In this document: positions 49,523-58,851 of the stretch, in pieces | Layout of the letters: each line of letters starts with the position of its first letter | Numbering within the stretch: the stretch's first letter is position 1 | Origin: a virus | Taxonomy: Duplodnaviria; Caudoviricetes | Reading direction: 5' to 3' (one strand) | Length of the DNA: 64,000 nucleotides | Virus record (IMG/VR): IMGVR_UViG_3300033073_001332 | Coordinates: 64,001 to 128,000 of that record | The notes under the pieces: model-generated | What the model was told of the DNA's origin: nothing | What the model saw: only the letters and a program-made list of their open reading frames with translations | The model's database searches: none | Program-made: the position numbers and the translations under genes

Positions 49523-50644
49523 TTATATAACGGTATATGGACTTGTAAATGCTCGGAATTTTAAAAGTTTGTTTAAGTTTTCCGCCTGTAATGCTTTTTG
49601 TTCCATCATTTTTTCAGGACGAAGTCTTTCAAGTCTTGCTTTTAATTCTTCCCATAACATTGTTTTTTCATCTTTGGCTTCAGTGGCTAATGATGAATAA
49701 TCCATAGTTAATTCTGAATCAGGAGTTTTTAAATTACCACTAAATTTACCTCTAACTCTCGCTAATGTTTCTTTACAATATGCTGTAAACCATCTTCTAA
49801 CCCAAATTTGTGCAGGAGCATTAAGTTTGTCCCATCTCAATCTATCTAATGGAATATCTGAAGGTAATCTAACCACGTCAGGGTTTTTAGAAAGACAATC
49901 TTCTCTATCGTATGTATCATAGTACCAATACCAAACTCTATATTGATTTCTTTGGATGTTACCAAAGTCAAACTTACCACCGGGTACATTCATAAGGTGA
50001 ACTGCTTTTTTACCTTCAGGTAATGCCGTTACTCTATAAGTTAAGTCTCCTGTAATAATTCTTCTTTTCATTTGAATGTCAGCCATTCTCAAAAGAATAT
50101 CAAATGCTGGGGTAATAAAATAATTACCTGTCGTTCCCATCTGAGAAAAACCTGCTCCACCACCTAAACCAATACCACCGAATCCACCGAATCCACCCAT
50201 GAATGGGTCAAAGTATGCCGCATCTAACTCGGGTCTCGCAAACCATAAAAGTTCGTTTAATTCTCTACCCGCAGGTATTTCATATATTTGTTGACCTGGT
50301 ACTAAATCAATATAATCTTTTTTCAAAACCCAATCACCACCTGCTTGTAAACCAACAATTTTAGAATATGCGTAAGTATATTGGGTTTCCCAATCCATAC
50401 TTCTTGTTGATAATGCTCTTGTAATTGATTGCTCATCTAAGTTAAGACCATAGATTGAAGTCCATTGAGATTCAATTAACCAGTCTTGAACGTGTTGTTC
50501 ATAATCTTCAATAGATAACTCTAAAAGAGAATCCATCATTTCATCCTCTAATTCTACTGAACGTAAAGGTGCCCCCAAAAGATTACGTATTCTTTTGTAA
50601 AGTTTACTTCTATCTGGCTCGTTGATTATAATTGGTGTTGACAT
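49523..50644 (-). CDS. Neck/head-tail adaptor, T4 gp13-like
   Basis: LLGAPLRSVEL, WVRRWFTAYCKETLARVRGKFSG..L. Confidence 0.75.
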   Translation of the reverse strand: MSTPIIINEPDRSKLYKRIRNLLGAPLRSVELEDEMMDSLLELSIEDYEQHVQDWLIESQWTSIYGLNLDEQSITRALSTRSMDWETQYTYAYSKIVGLQAGGDWVLKKDYIDLVPGQQIYEIPAGRELNELLWFARPELDAAYFDPFMGGFGGFGGIGLGGGAGFSQMGTTGNYFITPAFDILLRMADIQMKRRIITGDLTYRVTALPEGKKAVHLMNVPGGKFDFGNIQRNQYRVWYWYYDTYDREDCLSKNPDVVRLPSDIPLDRLRWDKLNAPAQIWVRRWFTAYCKETLARVRGKFSGNLKTPDSELTMDYSSLATEAKDEKTMLWEELKARLERLRPEKMMEQKALQAENLNKLLKFRAFTSPYTVI

Positions 50645-50679
50645 AGATTTTTTTATATAAATATCTAGTCAAAATAATT

Positions 50680-51768
50680 CTACACAGACTTCTTTTTAAT
50701 TTGAGTGGTATATTGGTCGTTCACAAATCCCCAATTCACTACTTTCCAAAAGTTAGAGATATATTCGTCTCTTTTATTTTTATATTTTAAATAATAAGCG
50801 TGTTCCCATAAATCCAAACCTAAAAGTGGATATCCACCATCTTTTTCGGTATTCATCAGTGGGTTATCTTGGTTTGATGTAGTCATAACCTTCAACCTAT
50901 TATTCTTGGTTAAAACTAACCAAACCCAACCTGAACCAAATTTTGATTTCGCTTCAGAACTAAATAATTCTTTAAATTTTTCAAAAGAACCAAAGTCTTT
51001 TTTAATTTTAGAAAGAATTGGGTCAGAAACTTCTTGTTTTTTTGGTGACAACATTTTCCAAAATAATGCGTGATTAAATGCTCCCCCACCATTATTTTTA
51101 ACAACTTTGTTAAATTTTGATATTTTTTCTATGATTTCTTCTAAGTCTAAATCCTTTCCTTTGATTTTTTCTAATTCAACATTTAATTTCTCAACATAAC
51201 CCTTGTAATGTTTGTTATAGTGAGTGTTCATTGTTTCACTATCAATAAATTTCTCCAATGAATTATATTCGTATGGTAACTTATCGATACTGACTTTTTT
51301 TATTTCAGTTATTAAATGATTATTATTAGATGATTTGATTTCTAACAAACTTTCTAAATTTTCAATTCTTTCTGAAAATAGTTTGTATATTGATTTTTCT
51401 AAATTTTTGTGAGACTTCTCAAATTTTTTCATTTCTTGGGATGCCGTTGCGCTAGCATCGTCTTCATTCTTACCTCCAATATCTTTTCCTTTTTTTCTTT
51501 TTAAAACGGTTCTTTGATATTCGTGAGACCACTCATGTGCTAATGTTCTTAATACATCTCGGTTCATTCTGTCTTTTGCCAATATCTTAAGACGATGTTT
51601 ATCTGTTCTAACTCCCGTCGTCATATTTTTGGTTTTCTTTTTAAGGAACAAAATTTCAACATCATCCTTTAGGGGATAATGTCTTTTTAATTGTGAAATA
51701 AAATTGTCGATTAATTCTTTTTCTTTTTTACTTGGTTCTAAATCAACGTATTCAACATTTACCTTCAT
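50680..51768 (-). CDS. sodA: Fusion of N-terminal HExxH zincin-like domain and Mn-type superoxide dismutase
   Basis: LRTLAHEWSHE..EDDA; LPYEYNSLE, HYNKH, NGGGAFNHALFW, FGSGWVWL, NQDNP, DLWEHAYY. Confidence 0.9.
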   Translation of the reverse strand: MKVNVEYVDLEPSKKEKELIDNFISQLKRHYPLKDDVEILFLKKKTKNMTTGVRTDKHRLKILAKDRMNRDVLRTLAHEWSHEYQRTVLKRKKGKDIGGKNEDDASATASQEMKKFEKSHKNLEKSIYKLFSERIENLESLLEIKSSNNNHLITEIKKVSIDKLPYEYNSLEKFIDSETMNTHYNKHYKGYVEKLNVELEKIKGKDLDLEEIIEKISKFNKVVKNNGGGAFNHALFWKMLSPKKQEVSDPILSKIKKDFGSFEKFKELFSSEAKSKFGSGWVWLVLTKNNRLKVMTTSNQDNPLMNTEKDGGYPLLGLDLWEHAYYLKYKNKRDEYISNFWKVVNWGFVNDQYTTQIKKKSV

Positions 51769-51780
51769 GATATATAAATA

Positions 51781-53544
51781 TCAACGACGCTTAGAAATCA
51801 TATTTAACATTTCTTCAATTACCGTTGCTTCATCAAATATATCATCACCCATAACCGTTGAAATGATTTTCTTTTTTCTATTTAATATGTCGTATATGGC
51901 ACCTTCAATTGTGTTTTCAAATAGTGGGTAATAAACAGATGTTGAGTTTTTCTGACCAATTCTATGAGACCTGTCTTCTGCTTGTGAGTGTTCTGCCGGT
52001 ACAAATGATAAGTCGTTCATAATCACGGCCTCCGCTGAGGTTAGAGTAATACCTACACCTGCAGCTTTTAAGTTACCAACAAATACTTTTATCTTATCGT
52101 TTGTTTGGAATTCATCTACAGCATTTTGTCTGTGAAACTTAGTACAACTACCATCTAAATAAACCGCTTGTTTTCCAAAATGGTTATATATTTCGTTTAA
52201 TGTGTCCGTAAAGTTTGTGAATATGATTACCTTTTTACCTTGTTCAATAATATTTTCAGCCAGTTCGATTGTGTTTTTAATTTTTTCCTGTGCAATAACT
52301 TTTCTAACTTTCATCAATTTAGAAAACTGAATTGTTAAAGATGCTGACTCTTCGGGATTTTCATCGTACCAATCAAAGTATTCACCCATCAAATCTTCAT
52401 AATCTTTAGATTTCAATCTTAAATAAACAGGTGTAATGATTTTTTCAGGTAAATCTAAAACGTCTTCCTTCAACCTTCTAAGAATATGAGTTGATGTCCG
52501 TTCTCTTAATTCATCGAGGTTTGATGCTCCCGTGACATTCCAAACTTTTCTTTTACCAACACTAAATTGAAACCCATTACAATATCTTTTAGCGTAAGCC
52601 ATCCAATTCATAGCAACAGGACTATCAACAAGATTTAATAAGTTGTAATAATTCATAGGTCTTGAAGTCATTGGGGTTCCTGATAACAACCATACCCTTG
52701 TTGATTTTTGTGCAATGTCGTTTGCAATTTTTGTTCTTTGTGCTTGTGGGTTTGAAATCATGTGTGCTTCATCCATGATTACCAAATCAAATTCTGTTTT
52801 TAATATTTCTGATTCTTCTTTCTTTTTTGGGTCATGAAAATTTTTCAAGATATCATAATTGATGATAACAAAATCGTGTTCGGTTGAAAATTTCTTTCCT
52901 TCCGCAATAAAAACAGACCTATCAGAATAATTTGCAATTTCACGTTCCCAATTTATCTTTAAAGATGCAGGACATACTATTAATATTTTTTTAGCTCCCG
53001 TTTCTAACGCAGCAACGATTGTGGAAGTTGTTTTACCAAGACCCATATCGTCAGCTAAAATAAACTTTTTATTCTTAACCAGTTTTTCAATCGCTTCTTT
53101 CTGATGTGTCATTGGTGGTCTGTGAGAATATTTTTCATATTCTATTTGGACATTCTTTACTTCGTTGTCTTTAATAAGTGCCGATTTAGGCATCCAAAAC
53201 TCATGTATTGTTTCACCACTGAATATTTTACCCCAAATATGATAGGACTTATCTTTCTCAACCAACAACTTCTCAACGTATATTTCTGTTGGTTCTTTTG
53301 TATACATCTTATCTTCCATAAGTTTTTTACCAAAATATGAATCTAATTTGACCCATTTTTTTGCAACTTTTGGATTTGTGTTTTGATAATTTATAATATA
53401 TTCAGCCTGACTTCTTGTTGGTGTGAAAGTCTTACTATTTTCCTTTTTATGTTTTAAATTTAGGATATAGTTATTTGACCCTTCATAATTTTCTAAAATT
53501 GTGAGGGCTTTTGATTCAGGAGTCTTCGGTACAAAATCTTCCAT
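51781..53544 (-). CDS. SNF2-family (SMARCAL1/HARP-like) helicase/translocase
   Basis: LADDMGLGKT, CPASLK.NW, DEAH, LSGTP, GVGITLT, QAEDRSHRIGQ. Confidence 0.93.
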   Translation of the reverse strand: MEDFVPKTPESKALTILENYEGSNNYILNLKHKKENSKTFTPTRSQAEYIINYQNTNPKVAKKWVKLDSYFGKKLMEDKMYTKEPTEIYVEKLLVEKDKSYHIWGKIFSGETIHEFWMPKSALIKDNEVKNVQIEYEKYSHRPPMTHQKEAIEKLVKNKKFILADDMGLGKTTSTIVAALETGAKKILIVCPASLKINWEREIANYSDRSVFIAEGKKFSTEHDFVIINYDILKNFHDPKKKEESEILKTEFDLVIMDEAHMISNPQAQRTKIANDIAQKSTRVWLLSGTPMTSRPMNYYNLLNLVDSPVAMNWMAYAKRYCNGFQFSVGKRKVWNVTGASNLDELRERTSTHILRRLKEDVLDLPEKIITPVYLRLKSKDYEDLMGEYFDWYDENPEESASLTIQFSKLMKVRKVIAQEKIKNTIELAENIIEQGKKVIIFTNFTDTLNEIYNHFGKQAVYLDGSCTKFHRQNAVDEFQTNDKIKVFVGNLKAAGVGITLTSAEAVIMNDLSFVPAEHSQAEDRSHRIGQKNSTSVYYPLFENTIEGAIYDILNRKKKIISTVMGDDIFDEATVIEEMLNMISKRR

Positions 53545-53599
53545 AATATATTAAAATATAGTAAACATCTATAAAAAATCAATCAAAGTATTTATAGGT

Positions 53600-54115
53600 A
53601 TGGCAGACAATAGAGTTCCGATAACAAGACTAAACAAATTTTTCTCAGAAGAGGATTTCAATTTAGAAATTTCTATGGGTGACGAATGGTTAGGTGGTGA
53701 TATGAATTTCACACTTGTTTTATATCGTATTGATAGACAAAGAACACTTAGTGATGATGTGTATGGTGAAACATTAGAAGACGGAATCCAATTTTTACCA
53801 CCTGTCGAGTTTAAGGGATATGTTCAAATTGAGGCACCTTCTAATGTTGATTACGGTGGTTCACGTCTTTCACAATCAGAACCTGGTAACTTGAAAGTTG
53901 GGGTTTATCAAAAACAACTTGAGGAGTTGGGTATTGATATTAACTATGGTGACTACATTGGATATTACGAAAATGAAACAAGAGTTAGATATTATAGTGT
54001 GGTTGACGATGGTCGTGTATTAAGTGATAATAGACACACTTACGGTGGATATAAACCATTCTATCGTTCGATTGTTGCTGCACCTGCTACGGATAACGAA
54101 TTTAGAGGATTATAA
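53600..54115 (+). CDS. Head closure/neck protein (gp14-like)
   Basis: DDVYGE, GDYI; position before tail terminator and sheath. Confidence 0.55.
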   Translation: MADNRVPITRLNKFFSEEDFNLEISMGDEWLGGDMNFTLVLYRIDRQRTLSDDVYGETLEDGIQFLPPVEFKGYVQIEAPSNVDYGGSRLSQSEPGNLKVGVYQKQLEELGIDINYGDYIGYYENETRVRYYSVVDDGRVLSDNRHTYGGYKPFYRSIVAAPATDNEFRGL

Positions 54116-54117
54116 AA

Positions 54118-55158
54118 ATGGCATTACCAAAAAAAATAAAAAAACATTTACCTTTAATACCTGAGAAGGTTGGTCGTGAAAGAAGACAACAAATGTTGGA
54201 TGATATTACAGACCACGGCACTTTTCTACCTAAAGGTGTTTTACATGCGGATTTAGATTTGGGGATGTTGGATTTTGTAAAAGAAAGATTAAAATTAGTC
54301 GTAACTGAAAAATTAGTCCCTACCGTCGATAAAATTATTACAAATCAAAACTGGTCACAATTTACTGAGACGTGGGATTTCCAAGATTTAGATAAGAACA
54401 TTTCTCTACCTTTTATTGCTACGGTTAGAACACCTGAAGTTAAATACGGAACGTTTCAAGGAGGAGCTGCGAATATACCTAATAGAAGACAATTTTTTTA
54501 TTACACGGTACCAACATGGGACGGGCAAAGAAAAGGTGCGGACGTATATAAAATACCGCAACCAATCCCTGTAGATATTACTTATAATGTAAAACTATTT
54601 TGTAATCGAATGCGAGAACTTAATGAGTTCAACAAAATAGTGATGCAAACTTTCACATCAAAACAAGCATACACACAAATCAAAGGTCATTACATTCCAA
54701 TTACAATGGACGGAGTTGCTGATGAATCGGCAAAGGAGATTGGTAAAAGAAAATATTACATTGCAAGTTATACATTCATTATGAAGGGACTTCTTATTGA
54801 TGAAGCTGAATTTCAAATATCCCCCGCAATTACAAGACAAGTAACTTTATTTGAAACCGAAGATAAAGTTAAAACTAAAAAGGTAGATATAAAACCACCG
54901 AGACCAAATAACTTTGATTTGGATTTATTATTCATCACAGGTAACACCCAACTTACCGAAGTTTTTAGATACGCGGTTGATTTGAAGACAACTGAAATAT
55001 CAAACGTAAGTTCGTATGATGTTTATATAAATTCTAATTTTGTTGGTAGTAACTTAACAACAATACAAATTAATGATGGTGATACTTTTTTAATTAGTGT
55101 TACAAAAATCGATAACACTAAGGAGTCTATTATTAAAACGGTCGCGTATTTGGTTTAG
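54118..55158 (+). CDS. Tail terminator/sheath stabilizer (gp15-like)
   Basis: LPFI, PQPIPVDITYNV motif; position before sheath. Confidence 0.6.
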   Translation: MALPKKIKKHLPLIPEKVGRERRQQMLDDITDHGTFLPKGVLHADLDLGMLDFVKERLKLVVTEKLVPTVDKIITNQNWSQFTETWDFQDLDKNISLPFIATVRTPEVKYGTFQGGAANIPNRRQFFYYTVPTWDGQRKGADVYKIPQPIPVDITYNVKLFCNRMRELNEFNKIVMQTFTSKQAYTQIKGHYIPITMDGVADESAKEIGKRKYYIASYTFIMKGLLIDEAEFQISPAITRQVTLFETEDKVKTKKVDIKPPRPNNFDLDLLFITGNTQLTEVFRYAVDLKTTEISNVSSYDVYINSNFVGSNLTTIQINDGDTFLISVTKIDNTKESIIKTVAYLV

Positions 55159-55320
55159 TTATTCGCCGTATATATCCTTAACTTCTTTGCAGTTTTCTGT
55201 AATAATTTTCTCTAAATATTTATACATCTTTAACCCATGTTTATCACAATAGTTCTTCAATAACATGTGAACTTCGGGTTTTATTTTAAGATTTTTTATT
55301 TTTTTTTGGTCTGTTTTCAT
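55159..55320 (-). CDS. Small ribbon-helix-helix DNA-binding protein (53 aa, not in ORF track)
   Basis: Manual translation MKTDQKKIKNLKIKPEVHMLLKNYCDKHGLKMYKYLEKIITENCKEVKDIYGE; beta-alpha-G-alpha RHH pattern; own TATTTAT motif. Confidence 0.7.
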   Translation of the reverse strand: MKTDQKKIKNLKIKPEVHMLLKNYCDKHGLKMYKYLEKIITENCKEVKDIYGE

Positions 55321-55358
55321 AAAGGTAGAAAAAAGGCAGAATTTATTCTTACTCCTTG

Positions 55359-55408
55359 ATAAATATTATCCTAAGGGAAAGTTTTTTGTAATCTGACGAT
55401 GTATTTAT
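55359..55408. promoter_or_regulatory. Back-to-back divergent TATTTAT promoters (RHH gene / tail sheath)
   Basis: ATAAATA 55359-55365 and TATTTAT 55402-55408. Confidence 0.7.
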
Positions 55409-55442
55409 ATAGAAAAATAAATTCTAAAACTATATTATTAAA

Positions 55443-58400
55443 ATGGCATCATCTAATAAAGTTTTTGTTTCACCAGGTGTATACACATCTGAAAGAGACT
55501 TAACGTTTGTAGCACAAAGTGTAGGTGTAACTACTTTAGGAGTTGTTGGTGAAACTTTACAAGGACCAGCATTTGAACCTATTTTCATCACTAACTTTGA
55601 CGAATTCCAAACGTATTTCGGTGGAACAAGTCCTGAAAAATTCGTTAACACCCAAATTCCAAAATATGAGTTAGGTTATATTGCAAAATCATACCTATCA
55701 CAATCCAATCAATTATTTGTAACAAGAGTACTTGGACTTTCAGGTTATGATGCGGGTCCATCTTGGTCAATTGTAACTATTGGTAATGTTAACCCCGCTA
55801 CAATTGCTGCGACAGGTACTACGGGTCCTGTAGCTGTTACATTTACAGGTACAACTGGAGGAACGGTAACATTAACTTCTGTACCATCATCAATCAACGT
55901 AGGGGGTAATTTTTATAACCCTTACACTGAATTCAATGGTGGAACTTCATCAATTGCATCTGATTTACAAAGTTATTTATCAACACAAATTAATTTATTT
56001 GCAACATCTTCATCTGCATCAGGAGCAACATCTATATTGTGGGGAACTTCAAGTGCATCAACACTGACTAGTGTTACTGGTGTTACTTCCCTTAACACTA
56101 TTACAGGTTCTACTGAAATGTTTGGTGTGAATAATGTGAATTTAGCGTACGCTAATTTATCAGCAGCAACAAACGACGCATGGTACTATGGATTATTTAA
56201 CTACTATCAAGGTACTAATGATGTGAATACTTACTACGGTCAAAGTTTAGGGGCATCCCTTTCAGGTATTTCAACAACACCTACAAGTGGTGTTTACTCA
56301 GGAACGGTTGCATTCTTTACTACCGCTTATTCAGGAGCACCTTATTCAACATACGATGATATGGTAGTTGCTACTTTAAGGTCTCGTGGTATATCAAACT
56401 ATAGTTCATCACAATCAGGACCATCATATGAAGTAACAGGATTAACTGATGTTTCAATGATTTGTACTGGTGGATATTCAGCGGTTACTAAAAACCCATA
56501 TTCGACATTCCAAATCTCAGGTGTTACATATGACGGAAATCCGTTCACGTTTGAAACTTCTATGTTGAATACAAACAAAAATTATGTTAGAAACGTATTT
56601 GGAGCATCTAACTTTGGTAAAGATAGAACTGAAGTTCCATTATTTGTTGAGGAAACGTATTCAGCACTTTTACAAACAGGATACAGAGCAGGTCAAATTA
56701 GAGGTTTATATTGTGATTTAGTTGCTCTTGATAAAGCACGTTCATTGAATACAGATAGTATTGGTTTCTACTTAGAACAATACCAAACACCAGAAACACC
56801 ATTTGTGGTTTCAGAACTTAGAGGTAATAAAGTATTCAAACTATTTAAGTTTGTTTTAATCTCAGACGGAAACGCGGCTAACACATACGTTAAACTTTCA
56901 ATTGGTAATATTTCATTCAATACTGGTACATTTGATGTATTTGTAAGAGACTTCTTTGATAATGACCAAAATGTTAAAGTATTAGAAAGTTTTACAAATT
57001 GTTCATTAGACCCATCACAAAACAATTATATCGCAAACAAAATTGGTACATCGAATGGTGAATACCAAGTTAAATCAAAATTTGTGATGTTAGAAATGAG
57101 TGATGAGGCACCGATAGACGCATTACCATGTGGTTTTGAAGGATACATTATGAGAGAATATGCAAATGCTACTCCTCCGTTTGTCCCTTACAAAACAAAA
57201 TATTACACAGCTGGTGAAACAATTTATAACCCACCATTCGGTTCAACAAGTGGAGGTGATAATCCTGTAATATCAAGTGGTGAAAATCCAAGAAGAGCTT
57301 ACTTAGGTATATCTAACATTACAGGATATGACTATGACTTCTTCCAATATAAAGGAAAACAATTACCAACAAACTTAGCAACAGATACAACAGGACCAGC
57401 ATGGGGTTACCTTACTAAAGGTTTCCACATGGATAGTGGAGCTACTGTAGTTACTATCACAAACGCATACGCAACTTCAGGACAATCCGCATTTGAAGTA
57501 GGAGTTGGAGCATTTAATTCAGAACCGACAGATACTTCAAATCCTTACTATAAATTAAACACTCGTAAATTTACGGTATTAGCTTACGGAGGTTTTGATG
57601 GTTGGGATATCTACAGAGAGTATAGAACAAATAGTGATTCATATGCTTTAGGTCAAACAGGTTTCAAATACGGAGCAGCAAGTTCACCAACATACCCAAC
57701 AGCAACAGGATGGGGAGCATTCAAAGCAATCTCAGGTCCTAACCAAGAAAGTTGGGCAAATACTGACTACTACGCTTACAAATGGGGTCAATCAACATTT
57801 GCAAATCCTGAATCAACAAATATTAACGTATTTGCAACACCAGGAATTGATTATGTAAACAACTCAAACTTAGTTGAGGATGCGATTGATATGATTGAAA
57901 CAGATAGAGCTGACTCAATTTACATTACAACTACACCTGACTTTAACATGTTCTTACCTTCATACCAAGACATTAGTGAAGGTTTGATTTACCCACAAGA
58001 GGCAGTTGACAACTTAGAAGGAACAGGAATTGATTCTAACTACACGGCAACTTACTACCCGTGGGTATTGACAAGAGATACGGTTAATAACACTCAAATC
58101 TACATTCCTGCAACTTCAGAGGTTGTAAGAAACTTAGCATTAACTGATAACATCGCGTTTCCTTGGTTCGCTTCAGCGGGTTACACAAGAGGTCTTGTAA
58201 ATGCAATTAGAGCAAGACGTAAGTTGACTCAAGATGATAGAGACACTCTATACAAAGGAAGAATCAACCCAATCGCTACTTTCTCTGATGTGGGTACGGT
58301 AATTTGGGGTAACAAAACAATGCAAATTAGAGAATCTGCGCTTGACAGAATTAATGTAAGAAGGTTGTTGTTACAAGCTCGTAAATTGATTTCAGCAGTA

Positions 58401-58655
58401 GCGGTTAGATTATTGTTTGAACAAAACGACAACAAAGTAAGACAAGACTTCTTAGATTCAGTTAACCCAATCTTAGACCAAATTAGAAGAGACAGAGGTT
58501 TGATTGACTTTAGAGTTCAAGTTTCTAACACACCTGAAGATTTAGATTCAAATACATTGACAGGTAAAATCTTCTTAAAACCAACAAGAGCGTTAGAATA
58601 CATTGATATCGAATTTGTTATCACACCAACAGGAGCGTCATTTGACAACATCTAA
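55443..58655 (+). CDS. gp18: Contractile tail sheath protein with large insertion
   Basis: SPGVYTSERD, GPAFEP, F..YFG, WFASAGYTRG, RINPI, WGNKT, RINVRRLL, PTRALEYI. Confidence 0.95.
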   Translation: MASSNKVFVSPGVYTSERDLTFVAQSVGVTTLGVVGETLQGPAFEPIFITNFDEFQTYFGGTSPEKFVNTQIPKYELGYIAKSYLSQSNQLFVTRVLGLSGYDAGPSWSIVTIGNVNPATIAATGTTGPVAVTFTGTTGGTVTLTSVPSSINVGGNFYNPYTEFNGGTSSIASDLQSYLSTQINLFATSSSASGATSILWGTSSASTLTSVTGVTSLNTITGSTEMFGVNNVNLAYANLSAATNDAWYYGLFNYYQGTNDVNTYYGQSLGASLSGISTTPTSGVYSGTVAFFTTAYSGAPYSTYDDMVVATLRSRGISNYSSSQSGPSYEVTGLTDVSMICTGGYSAVTKNPYSTFQISGVTYDGNPFTFETSMLNTNKNYVRNVFGASNFGKDRTEVPLFVEETYSALLQTGYRAGQIRGLYCDLVALDKARSLNTDSIGFYLEQYQTPETPFVVSELRGNKVFKLFKFVLISDGNAANTYVKLSIGNISFNTGTFDVFVRDFFDNDQNVKVLESFTNCSLDPSQNNYIANKIGTSNGEYQVKSKFVMLEMSDEAPIDALPCGFEGYIMREYANATPPFVPYKTKYYTAGETIYNPPFGSTSGGDNPVISSGENPRRAYLGISNITGYDYDFFQYKGKQLPTNLATDTTGPAWGYLTKGFHMDSGATVVTITNAYATSGQSAFEVGVGAFNSEPTDTSNPYYKLNTRKFTVLAYGGFDGWDIYREYRTNSDSYALGQTGFKYGAASSPTYPTATGWGAFKAISGPNQESWANTDYYAYKWGQSTFANPESTNINVFATPGIDYVNNSNLVEDAIDMIETDRADSIYITTTPDFNMFLPSYQDISEGLIYPQEAVDNLEGTGIDSNYTATYYPWVLTRDTVNNTQIYIPATSEVVRNLALTDNIAFPWFASAGYTRGLVNAIRARRKLTQDDRDTLYKGRINPIATFSDVGTVIWGNKTMQIRESALDRINVRRLLLQARKLISAVAVRLLFEQNDNKVRQDFLDSVNPILDQIRRDRGLIDFRVQVSNTPEDLDSNTLTGKIFLKPTRALEYIDIEFVITPTGASFDNI

Positions 58656-58668
58656 AAAATAAAATGAG

Positions 58669-58690
58669 TGGGGGGTAGAAATATCCCCCA
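58669..58690 (+). other. Stable RNA hairpin after sheath gene (no U-tract)
   Basis: TGGGGGGTA-GAAA-TATCCCCCA, GNRA loop. Confidence 0.7.
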
Positions 58691-58713
58691 TAAATTATTT
58701 AAATAAAAAAACT

Positions 58714-58851
58714 ATGAAAATAGAGAAAAAATTAATCAAAGAATCTTTAGGTTATAAAACCGAAGGAAAAAAAATGTTTGCAACAAAAAAACAAAATATT
58801 GTTATTACTGAAGCACAATTAGAAAAATTATTAGAGAAACTAAAAAAATAA
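58714..58851 (+). CDS. Small protein (45 aa, not in ORF track)
   Basis: MKIEKKLIKESLGY...KQNIVITEAQLEKLLEKLKK; TAATG overlap with next gene. Confidence 0.6.
   Translation: MKIEKKLIKESLGYKTEGKKMFATKKQNIVITEAQLEKLLEKLKK

Noticed and set aside
58669-58690. Hairpin after sheath gene as an intrinsic terminator
   Set aside because: No following U-tract; more likely an mRNA stability or processing element
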